A stretch of DNA of 64,000 bases from the human T2T-CHM13v2.0 reference genome, Homo sapiens. The translations under genes and the position numbers were made by a program. The DNA is taken from assembly GCF_009914755.1 (NCBI RefSeq), contig NC_060933.1, one strand, 5' to 3'. The notes below the pieces were generated by a model. That model did not search any database. It was not told where the DNA came from and saw nothing but the letters and a program-made list of their open reading frames with translations. This document shows, piece by piece, positions 46,490 to 57,740 of this stretch; within the stretch, counting starts at the first letter, position 1; each line of letters starts with the position of its first letter.

Positions 46490-46910
46490 ATGTGTTGGTT
46501 GCATGGGTTGACAGAAACTAACTTCATCAACCTAAGTAAAAATAAAACAAATGGTGGTGAGAAGGACATACACTACAGGAGTATGATCAGGAACCAAGGG
46601 CAGAGAATTACTCAGGCTTCAGGAAGCGAGATGACTAGGAATGGAGGTTTCCCAAGATCCCCTTCTCCTTTCTCATCTGTGGCATTCTCTACTCTTCACA
46701 GACCAACTTTCTCCGCTTCTTAACCACATGGCAGAAAATGTACAACCAAAGCTCCCAAGTCTAAATGTTGAATGCTGGCCAAATAGGAAACTCTGCTTTC
46801 TCTCTATCTCAGTCCCCACTTCAACACTCAGGAGAAATAATACAAAGGGCCCACCTCAGGTCAGATGTCCACTTCTGCACTCATCAGCTGTGGCTAGGAG
46901 ATGGAGTCAC
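46490..46910 (-). mobile_element. Old MLT1 (J/K-type) LTR
   Basis: ttggttgca...gacagaaactaact...ggtcagatgtccacttctg motifs. Confidence 0.45.
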
Positions 46911-47007
46911 ATAAGACAAAAGGACGGTAGAACCCATCAGTACAGTTTGGAAGAGAGTTGCCAAGTAAAAGGAAGTGACTGAACTGGGCAGATGCCCTAA
47001 AGGATGT

Positions 47008-47500
47008 AGTATTAGTCAAGGTTCTCCAGAAAAACGGAATCATAAGAGAGAGAGACACAGAGAGATTGTAAGGAATTGGCTCACATAATTATGGAGACTG
47101 AGAAGTCATAAGATTTGGTGTCAGCAAGCTGGACATCCAGGAAAGCCAGTGGTGTACTTTCAGTATGAGTTCAAATAAGCCTGAGAACCAGGAGCTCATG
47201 GTTTAAGTTCCAGTCTGAGAGCAGGAAAAGACTGATGTCCCAGCTCAGCAGTCAGGCAGATAAAATTTCCTCTTATTCAGCCATTTTGTTCTACTCAGGT
47301 CTTCAACTGATTAGATGAGGCCAACCCACATTAGTAGGGCAATCAGCTTTCCTCGATCTGCTGATTCAAATTGTAATCTCCTCCATAACTTTAAAGAAAC
47401 ACCTAGAATAAACTTTATAGACACACCTAGGATAAATCTTGTTCAAATGTCTGGGCACCCTGTGGCCTAGCCGGGTTTGCATGTAAAATTAATCATCACA
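47008..47500 (-). mobile_element. MLT2B-type ERVL solo LTR
   Basis: gtattagtcaaggttctccagaaa...aaaattaatcatcaca. Confidence 0.85.
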
Positions 47501-48107
47501 GGCATCCTCCACCACAAATAACAGTCTCTTTAGGAATCTGAATAAAAAGGCATAATTAAGATATTAATTTAATGATATTTGAATTTCTAATGACACTATA
47601 AATGAATTATGTCAATAATTTTTAAAAATTAATAAAAAGCCTATTGTTACATACTTGGAAGGAAAGTGGAATGCCAAACAGATACCTTGGCCCAAAAAGC
47701 ATTTCTATAATACAATTGATCACAGACTCCTCTCAAAAAAGGCACTGGCACGAAGAACCCCATCCCATTTTTCTTACCAAAAATGATAAAGTTATGATGA
47801 AGGAATTCTTCTGAATTTAGTTACTTTCAAATTTATTTAAAGTCTTCAGACTTTTTATGTCATCATATTCTTTTTGCTTAAACTTACTAGCATTCTTTGA
47901 TTCCTAAGCCAAACTAAAAGGAATTAACTTAAGACTTACCACAGTTATGGATATGATGACTTCTGCATTATTAAGCTGAAGCACAAGCTAATAAAAAAAC
48001 TAATGTTTTAATTTACTAATAAAAAGATAACTTATTAGTATGTGGTTTGCATTATTAAATAAGTTCAAAAGGTTAAACTCTTATGTTCTAAATTTTGGAA
48101 TAAGGGT

Positions 48108-48526
<419 letters not shown>

Positions 48527-49149
48527 TCACTGAATACCTGAATACCTACTATCTGCCAGAGCTAGCCCTAACATCAAGTATTTATTTCAAATGCAAAGGG
48601 TATGTTTTTTATTCTTGAGCTATTTGGCTTTGTTAAATATTACTACTATTAAAACCAACAAATAATATTGTTTTAAGAGTACATCAATCTTTTAAAAATT
48701 GAGCATTTATACGCTAAAAATTTTTCTGAGAAAATCGGAGTATATCTCATCCATTTCTGTATGGAGGAAACCAGTGCACAGAAAGGTGAAGTTACTTAAT
48801 GGAGACACCACAAGTATTTGATTATGAAGACATGACAAGACAGTCTCTTGACTCTGGATCTACACCTCTGCCTTAATACCACACCACCATTGACTTAACA
48901 AATGATGCAAAAGTTATGTAACAATGACAAAATTCCTCCTTGACACTTGAGTGCAGAAAATGGCAATTTTTTATTTTTCTAAATAATGTCAATATGGCTT
49001 AACCCCTCAGCCGAGAGAGTAGATAAGAAATTATATGTCAGTCAAAATTTGGGACCCCTGTTCTGGGGTCAAACCTGTATTTATTCTTATTGCTTTATTA
49101 AAAATTGTAAAGTTAGTAATGGATTTCAAAACAGATATAAAAACGGGTT

Positions 49150-49625
49150 GGGAGGATGGTGGTCACCAATCACTAGTGATGACTCTCAGTGAGCCACACA
49201 CTTCCTGCCATTTGTGCGCTTGGGTAATCCGCACACATTGACTCCGGCCAGCCCACGACTTGCTTTAATCACTAGAAAGTTACAGAAGTAACATAGTTCC
49301 AGGCTTAAGCTTTAAGAAAGCCTGGAAGTTTCCACATTTACACTTTTGGTAACCCTAAAGTACCACGTAAAAAGTCCAGCTAAGATGTTAGATTAACTGT
49401 GTGGAGAAACCTTGTGGAGAGAGAGAGGCTCCGTCCCCCAGAGTCCCACCTGAACCCAACCTTCCCGCTATTCCCCTCAATGCACTAGCATAAGAGCAAA
49501 GCTACCTTGAACATTCAAGCCTCAGTCATCAATCACCTACAACTTCATGAAAGACCCTACGTAAGACCAGCATGAGAATCTTCCACGTAAACCCAGGCAA
49601 CCCATAGAATTATGATAAATTCACT
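49150..49625 (+). mobile_element. MLT1G/H-type LTR
   Basis: cacattgactccggcc...gacttgcttt...gcttaagctttaagaaagcctggaag motifs. Confidence 0.6.
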
Positions 49626-49879
49626 AACTTTCTATTATTACATTAATAGAAACCCAAAGAGGGGATTAAAAAAATCTTGCCCACCACAGAAATTGTTCCC
49701 AAAAGCGTATCAAAGAGTGCATATTACTGAAAGAAAATGACACAGCAAGACTCTGAAGAATACAAGTGGGCTCTGTGGTTCTGCCTCAGAACTCCATTCC
49801 AGGTTCATTTCTTATGATTGTCCAGGTTACTTTTTGCATGACTCCAGAATACACATTCATTTTTTAATCATCATAGATT

Positions 49880-50200
49880 TAATTTCTGTTAGACAACAGT
49901 AAAGTATATTGAAGAAATAGTACCTCACTCTGATTTTCACAAAGTTCCAATTTGGATTAGAGAGAGGGATGTACAAGTAACATATTAATTAATGGAAAAT
50001 TCTACCGGGGTTAATCAATTCATTGAAAAAATATTCCTGGTCTCCATGGCCTTGCGGCTTGGCCTATCTTTTGTGTCTTCATGAGTATTTCAGAGAAAAG
50101 GTGAGGGACAGTGAATTAAGTATTATTAACTGTATACCATCATATAACAGAAATCCTAAATAAATGACCTTTAAAAAAAGTCAACACAAAGTCAACGCTT
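49880..50200 (+). mobile_element. Possible L3/CR1 RT relic
   Basis: Weak similarity to CR1 LDFSK and GPVLF-like segments. Confidence 0.3.
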
Positions 50201-50209
50201 GTTTTAAAT

Positions 50210-50320
50210 CAATGCTGCTTAAACTATAATGTGCATGTAAATCACCTGAAGATATTGTTAAAATGCAAATAATTTCCATTCAATCTGTCTGGGATGAGGC
50301 CTAAAATTCTGATGTTCTAA
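50210..50320. mobile_element. MER5A fragment
   Basis: aatcacctgaagatattgttaaaatgcaaat...tctgggatgaggcctaaaattctg. Confidence 0.65.
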
Positions 50321-50899
50321 AAGAACAATATGACAAACACAATAACTGGGGATGATACAAGAAAAGTGAAAACTACTATGATTTGCTATCTTTGTCCTCT
50401 AGATGATCCACATTCAATCAAGGGAGAGAGAATCTCCTTGCTCCAGCATCTTACCTTAAGTTCATAGCAGGGGCACATAAGAGGGGGTTCTAACCCCAGC
50501 ATGAAAGTTAGGGTAGACTTCCTTGAAACACCATTCTAAACTAAGATGGGTAAATCAACAGACTTTGCTAAGTAAAGTGTGGGAGAAAGTATATTTTCAG
50601 AGTCTACAGTATGTACAAAGTTTTGGAGCTGAAAGACATCATGCAATAGCCGGCAAAAGAAGGAAAAGGGAAGAAATCTCAACGATACCCCTCTGTGTTT
50701 CCCACCTACAATGAGAGCATGAGATTGGATGAAATTGGATTCACCAGCTTCTCTCACTACCTCAACACCCTAGGGATTCTTCTTATAATTGGGATACATA
50801 TGTAGCCACCGCTTTATGATATGCAAGGCCCATTCCTTTATACATTCATTCAAGAAAGTTACATTCACATCTGGTGTACAATATCTAAGTAAAAATGGG

Positions 50900-51040
50900 T
50901 GCTAAGAACAGAGATGATAATCACTATTTTATAGATGAGAACAGAGGAAACGATTATGAACTTGATCAGACATAGCTAAGTGGAGTAGGCAAATGCAGAA
51001 CCCAGGGCTTCTGGTTCCTAGCTCACTTCTCTTTCTACCT
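50900..51040 (-). mobile_element. MIR
   Basis: attttatagatgagaacagagg...gaacccagggcttctggttcc. Confidence 0.6.
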
Positions 51041-51607
51041 CATCCAAAATATTCCAAATATCAGTAGCCAAAAATATCATACAAGGCTATTTTTGTTTGT
51101 AGCACTTCAGCAAGATGTCCCCAAGGTACAGTATAGAACAGAGCAATAAAGTGGCCAGACAAGAGGGTGGTAGAATGGCAGCAAAAGGAGTGGGTGTAGG
51201 TCAATCTGAAAGTTTTTACCATACTATTTTCCTTTATGTGGATCTACTAGTTATTTACTTTTTTCTTATTTCCTGAACTGCAATCCTCTCTACAGCAAAC
51301 AACTAGTTATTTTTGTATATCCATCACACTCAAGATCATTCCTTCAAAAATTCTGAACTACTCCTAGGTTTTCTAGGAGAGCCTTGACTTTATTCCTTCC
51401 CATGTCAATAAATACTAAAATGTTTCAGAAATTCTAATATATCACAATGCAAACTATGTGTCCCAGACTGCCTCTCATTCTCAAAGTCATTCCCCTAAAT
51501 CCTTTGTTATATAAGATTTTTGTTAACTACCATGATTGTACATATACCATATAAAGGGTTGTTTTGCATGCAATAGGCGCTTAACAAATGCCTTTTGGTT
51601 AGATTTC

Positions 51608-51900
51608 TATATTGGTCAGCTTGGGCTACTATAACAAAATTTTGTAGACTGGGTGGGTTTAACAATAGGAATTTATTTTCTTGTAGTTCCAGAGGCTGGA
51701 AGTCTGAGACCAGAGTGCCAGCACAGTTGCTGTCTGGTGAGGGCTCTCTTCTAAGCTTGCAGATGGCCACCCTCTCGATGTGTTCTCATATGGCAGAAAG
51801 AAAGCCAACAAGCTCTCTGGTGTATCTTCTTATAAGAAACCTTGCCCTCATGGCCTTATCTAACCCTAGTTATCTCTCAAAGGCCCCATCTCCAAATACA
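51608..51900 (-). mobile_element. MLT1A/MSTD-type MaLR LTR (U3 start deleted)
   Basis: gggctactataacaaaa...agttccagaggctggaagtctgaga...ccccatctccaaatac. Confidence 0.82.
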
Positions 51901-53083
51901 ACTCATTCCGGCATCAATTCTAAAGACTAAAGTCTGGTTTAAATATCATCTAAATTAGGTATGAATGAGACTTGAGATATGGTTCGTCCTAAGGCAAAAT
52001 TCCTCTCCAGCTTTGAACCTGTGAAACCAGACAAGTTATGATGCGCTTCCAAAATGCAGTGGTGGGACAGGCATAGAATAGACATTCCCATTCAAAAAGG
52101 AAAAAATAGGAAAAAAAAGAAAAAGGTGATGGGTCCCAAGCAGGTCTAAAACCTAGTAAGGCAAATTTCATTAACATCTTAAGGCTCAAGAATAACCCTC
52201 CTAATACTGAAATCTGGGTGAAGTCGAAATAATTTAAAATTTAAATAATAAAAAAAAAAAGAAAAAAATAACTCTGTTTGGTTTGATGCTCCGCCCATGC
52301 CTTAAGTTCACAATGCCAGTCCTACCCACATGGTTGTGGCAGCTCTGATGATCCCTGAATCCCCTTTGGGGTCGTTCTTTCCTTTCCTTGAAAAATGGTG
52401 CAGTTTCACAACCAAATACCTCCGTGATCTAGTCCTACAAAATCCAATAAGTCCAACAGCCTTCCTCCAATCTGTCCTGCTTTCTCTGGCCTCCTTTAGC
52501 TCCAACTGGCAGTATCTTTGCTAGTATAATCCCATCTGTATTCCTGATTTCTGCTGAGATGGCTGGTTATATCCATGAGTCACACCTGGCTGTCTTTATC
52601 AAATGGTTGTTCAGCCACACCCTCAGTGTTCTCTTCAGAAAAAGTTTATCATTTTTGCAATACAGATATGCTGATAATTTTTCATCTACATGTTCTGGTT
52701 CCTTTCTGCATAAAAATTCCTCTTCAAATAATCTCTCTCACTTTTCATATTTTACTATAAGCAGTCTTGAGCAACCAAACTGTTCCTTCAATATTTTGCT
52801 TAGAAATGTCCTCAGCTAAATATCCAATTTTATCACTCACAAGCTCTACCTTCCACAAGACACCAGAACATAGTTCAGTCAAGTTCTTTACCATTTTATA
52901 ACAAGAATTATCTTCCTTCTAGTTTCCAATAACACTGAGACCTCCCAGAACTGACCTTAACATTCATATTTCTAGCATGTACCCCAAAACACTTATGGCC
53001 TCTATGCATTATTCAGTTTCAAAGCTGCTTCCACATGTGTAGGTATTTGTTACAGCAGAACCCCACTTCTTGTTACCAAAATC
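51901..53083 (-). mobile_element. MaLR internal region (MLT1/MST-int)
   Basis: Minus strand starts gattttggtaacaagaagtggggttctgctgtaacaaatacc; contains gacattcccattcaaaaagg and ttccacaagacaccagaaca MaLR-int motifs. Confidence 0.8.
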
Positions 53084-53142
53084 TGTATTAGTCAGGGTCT
53101 TCAGAGACAGAGAACCAATAAGATAGGTAGGTAAGTAGATAG

Positions 53143-53173
<31 letters not shown>

Positions 53174-53611
53174 TCTTATAATAAAAAGGTTTATTATAGG
53201 AAATTGGCCTGTCCAATTATGAAGGCCAAGAAGTCCCAAGATCTGCAGTCAGCAAGCTAGAGGCCCAGCAGAGCTGATGGTGTAAGTTCCATCTAAAAAC
53301 AAGCAGGTTCAAGACCTAAGAAGAGCCAATGTTTCAGTTTGAGTTTGCAGGCCAGAAAAGACCAATGTCCCAGTTCAAAACACTCAGGCAGGAGGATTTC
53401 CCTCTTACTCAGCCTTTTTGTTCTATTCAGGTCTTCAATCATTCAATGGGGCCCACTCACATTTAGAAAAGACAATCTACTTTACTCAGTCTAAACAGTT
53501 CAAATGTTACTCATCCAGAAGCACCCTCACAGACACACTAGGAATAATTTTATCCAAATGTCTGGCCACCTTGTGTCCCAGTGGGGTTGACACATAAAAT
53601 TAACCATCACA
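53084..53611 (-). mobile_element. MLT2B-type ERVL LTR with (GATA)n at ~53122-53173
   Basis: tgtattagtcagggtcttcagagacagagaaccaataag...gttgacacataaaattaaccatcaca. Confidence 0.87.
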
Positions 53612-53812
53612 ACTTCAAAACCAATTAAGTATTAAAATTCTAAATTCTACATTTCTTAAATTCATGATTTCCCTTTCCTTTTTAATCTGCTATTCAATTT
53701 TCTAGCAAGCTTACCACTAGGGTGCTGCTGCTTCTTTTCTTCCCTGGATACCATCCTCCATTTTTCCCAGCTGCACCCAGCTTCTTCCTAACTCTGTTTG
53801 ATTTTTTATTCT

Positions 53813-53866
53813 TCTCTCTCTCTCTCATCCTCCTTACTGGAGAATATAACCTCAGTGCTCTGTCTC

Positions 53867-53925
<59 letters not shown>

Positions 53926-53994
53926 CTCCTTACTGGAGAATATAACCTCAGTGCTCTCTCATCCTCCTTACTGGTGAATATAACCTCAGTGCTC
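53813..53994 (+). repeat. Three copies of a 31-bp unit separated by (CT)n tracts
   Basis: ATCCTCCTTACTGG(A/T)GAATATAACCTCAGTG at 53827, 53923 and 53961. Confidence 0.95.
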
Positions 53995-54739
53995 CGTTTC
54001 GCTCAAGAATTAGTTTCCAAGAATCCTTCCATCAACTATTATCTCTTTCACAAGGAGATATTAAGCTGTGCCCAAGGCAATAGAATCTTGTTTCTATAAG
54101 CAATGATCCCAGAACAGCCACTAAACCCAGCAGTGCCAAGTGACTAATAATGATGAACTGGAGATTTTAGCCTGTTTAAAATTGTAGGGTGTTCTCATAG
54201 CGCTCATCTGCTTATTTCTCTTTTGAGAACAAGTAGTGCATGCCTCCCAGCCTCTTCCCTCTGATAATGGGATTTCTGGTCCATGTCATCTAACTCAGTA
54301 CTACTTGCAAGGCCACAAGGTGCCAGAAACCTATGTTCACAGGTGCTGGAACCTAGGAGAAATTGTCAGTACTGCTGGTAGTCAGGAGAGTTTGTTTACC
54401 CTTGTGTTACAAAGGAAGATATTTTGTTACTGCCATACCTCTGATAATGGCCACCTTGTGCTAGGAACTCACACAGAACAGGGCTGAATAGGAACCATGC
54501 AGGAGAAATTATTTGGCTGCGATTCAGAAAAGGAGTCCTGGCAAAATCTAAATCACAAGTATTAATAAAATGCATTTTCATGAACAAAGGTTCAACACTC
54601 CTTTCTTGGTAATTACATCTGGCAAGACAATAAGCTTAAATTCCCTTCCGTTCAAATTCTCTATTTTACCCCCTTTCTAATTGGAAAAATAGACCCTGAA
54701 TCAACTCTAGAATTTTTCATAAAGTTGTAAGGGAATGCT

Positions 54740-54900
54740 CTTATTTAGGGATCAATTTAATCTGCCTCATTTACACAGGTGAAGAAACTAAGTTTCCTTG
54801 GAGTGAAATGAATTGCTCAAGTCATAAGTGAAAGGTAGACCTGGCACAAGAGCCTAGACCTGTCTTTTCCCTCTTGTGCTGGAGCTACCATATACCATGG
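54740..54900 (-). mobile_element. MIR
   Basis: ctcatttacacaggtgaagaaactaag...gaattgctcaagtca. Confidence 0.6.
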
Positions 54901-55769
54901 ACAGTGCCTCCCCCACTTCCATGACCTGCTCTGCCACTCCCTCACCAGGATATTTGGCCCCTCTAATGGTCAGCTAGTTTACAGAAAGTTAGACAGTAAT
55001 TCTTTTCATCTTACCCAAATAAGAGACAAATAAAAAAGCATGTACTGATCTTCTGAAACTACTGTTACAAATATATGCCACAAAAAGATTATTTTTCTAT
55101 CCAACAACTTACAGATAATGTCTTAATCATTTCTTTTATCAATCTCAAAATTCAGCCTCAAATAGAATTATGTAATTATGAGAAATTTTCCTGGTAATGT
55201 CAGCAAGAGAAAAAGTCATCTATTTTTAAGAACACATTTTCTCTGTAAACAACGAGCCTATAATTTTTTAGTGTTATTTTTCAGTTCACTTTTTCCCATG
55301 ATACTATATAAAAGTCTTTCCTTAAATCCAGAGTTTCAAAAATTAGCCCAAGGCTGTATTATGCCATGGCCCTACAGGCCCTGCCACCTCCCCTAACTTC
55401 TCATTGTGCTCATTATCAATCCTACACAGAGCTGGGGCAGAGCAATAAGCTAGGACTGAGAAATGATCAAATGTCCCAGTTCTGCAGCCATCTAATTTTC
55501 ACTTTTTAACACAGGATATGAACTTGGGCACTTCTCACAGCCTCCTAAATCTTCCACTCTTGGGTGATGCTACCTCCATTAAGCAGAGCTCCTTATACTC
55601 ATCTAAACAAAAGTTAAAAGATGCATCTGGTTTGAAGAGAATCTGGAATATTCTAACTTATGTAATTCTCTCTTCTGGGTCTTGAAGAGGGTGTTTAATC
55701 TCATCCTGTCTTTATCTTGCCTGTGCCTTGTCCTAGTTTAAATGGCCTCAACCATCATACCTTGTTTTG

Positions 55770-56020
55770 ATTAATGTAGTTAACAGCATGAGTTTTAGAG
55801 AGAGACAAACTTCGTTTTCAGTCTGACTCTGTTCCTACTAGCTTTGTGACCTGGCCAAATCAGTAGAAACAAAGTTAACTATGTTGCTCAGCTTCAGTTT
55901 CCTCATGTTTTAAATGGAGGACATAAAACTTGCCTCAAATGGTCCTTGTAGGGTGAAATGAAATAATGTATATGAAATATTTGGCATAGTTCCTGGCACA
56001 TTGTTAGTGCTCTTATTATT
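55770..56020 (+). mobile_element. MIR
   Basis: ctagctttgtgacctggcc...cttcagtttcctcatgttttaaatgg...cctggcacattgttagtgctc. Confidence 0.75.
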
Positions 56021-56067
56021 TAGAAGATAATATGAAAACATTTTATTTTGGCTAATTTCCACATCTC

Positions 56068-56888
56068 TTTCTTTTTCAACTTTTTATTTTACATTTGGGG
56101 GTACATGTGCAGGTTTATTACCTGGGTATATTGCGGATGTTGGGATTTGGGATATGAATGATCTCATCACTCAGGTAGTGAGCATAGTACCCAACAGTTA
56201 GTTTTTCAACTCTTGCCCCACCTCCCTCCCTACCTTCTCTTTAGCAGGCCCCAATGTCTATTGTTCCCATCTTTATGTCCCTGAGTACCCAGCATGTCCG
56301 TTTAGCTAAATGAGAGCATGCATAATTTGGTTTTCTGTTCCATTGTTAATTCACTTAGGATAATGGCCTCCAGCTGCATCCATGTGGCTGCAAAGGACAT
56401 GATTTCATTCTTTTTATGGCTGCATAGTATTCTATGATGTATATGTACCACATTTTCTTTATCCAGTCCACCATTGATGGGCACCTATGTTTATTCTATG
56501 TCTTTGCTATTGTGAACAGCATGGCAAGGAACGTGCACGTGCATGTGTCTTTTTCGTATAATGACTCATTTTCTTTTGAATATATACCCAGTAATGAGAT
56601 TCCTGGGTTGAATGGTAGCTCTGTTTTAAGTTCTTTGAGAAATCTCCAAACTGCTCTCCACAGTGGCTGAACTAATTTATATTCCCACCAACAGTGTATA
56701 AGCATTCCATTTTGTCTGCCGCCTCGCCATCATCTGTTGCTTTATGACTTTTTAATAATAGTCATTCTGTATTATGACTCACATAATACAATGTGAGATG
56801 GTATCTCATTGTAGTTTTGATTTGCATTTCTCTGATGATTATTGATAATGAAAATTTTTTCATGTTTCTTAGCCACTTGTATGTCTTC
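56068..56888 (-). mobile_element. L1PA15/16-type 3' end
   Basis: L1 3'UTR and ORF2 C-terminus (HCWW, VWRFLKEL, DTCT, EAIILS). Confidence 0.85.
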
Positions 56889-57079
56889 ACCCATTGTGCA
56901 GGCTTGGTGGGATGGTATGACAGGGTATTTTCCCTCCCACTACAGAAGTCACAGAGGATCTATGAGAGCCTCTTTTTCCCACCCCAGTATCTGAGTTGAA
57001 GAGGTGAAGGCAATAAGGGGGCATATGGTTTAAGTTCTGCAGTATGGAAAATTCACATTTCCTATATAGGGCTCATAAA

Positions 57080-57740
57080 TGTATCTAATCAATTAATATT
57101 TATTGAACACCATGTGTCATGTTCAATGCTAGACTCTGGGGGATTAATTAACAACACTATTCCTGCCCTCATAGGGATTATAATTTAGTAAATAATTCCA
57201 AGACAGTGCCCAAAGTTCAATAATAGAAGTATGGTGAGACCAGAGCGCAAAGAAAAGAGTAGATATTTCTACATGGAAACCTCAGAAAACATGTCATTGA
57301 GGTGTGCTGAGCATTGAGAAATAATCAGTATGAGGGGAAGGATGTTCCAGATAATAAAGCAGGATTGACACAATCATGGAAGTGTTAAATAGCAAGAGAA
57401 ATTTTAGGGGCTCAAGTCATGGCTGGTGCATAGAGTGGGAAATGATGACTAGAGGAAGCTAGCTTTTAGAAAGATGAATGATCTTCTGCAAATTTCTACA
57501 TGTTAGGATATTTCAGATTTTTTTATTTTAAAAAGTTAAATACAAAAATAAAGGAGAGTCAAGGGGCTTAAAATGAATTTTTTTTCCCAAGCTAAGGAAC
57601 TCCAGCTATAATATGAAAACCCTAGGGAACCATTGAAATACAGTAAGCAAGGACTGTGCAATCAAATCAACCTTTTTGAGGATTAAAGATTGATTTGGAA
57701 GAGAAAACTGGAGTCAGGTAGGCTTGAAGTTGCTATAACC
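57080..57740 (-). mobile_element. L2
   Basis: aatatttattgaacaccatgtgtca...ttcctgccctcataggga...gggaaccattgaaa. Confidence 0.6.

Noticed and set aside
53813-53994. CRISPR-like repeat-spacer array
   Set aside because: Spacers are pure (CT)n of 65 and 7 bp, there are no cas genes, and the context is primate.
54258-54452. Repeated ctctgataatgg ~180 bp apart
   Set aside because: The flanks do not align; probably chance or an unrecognised old LTR.
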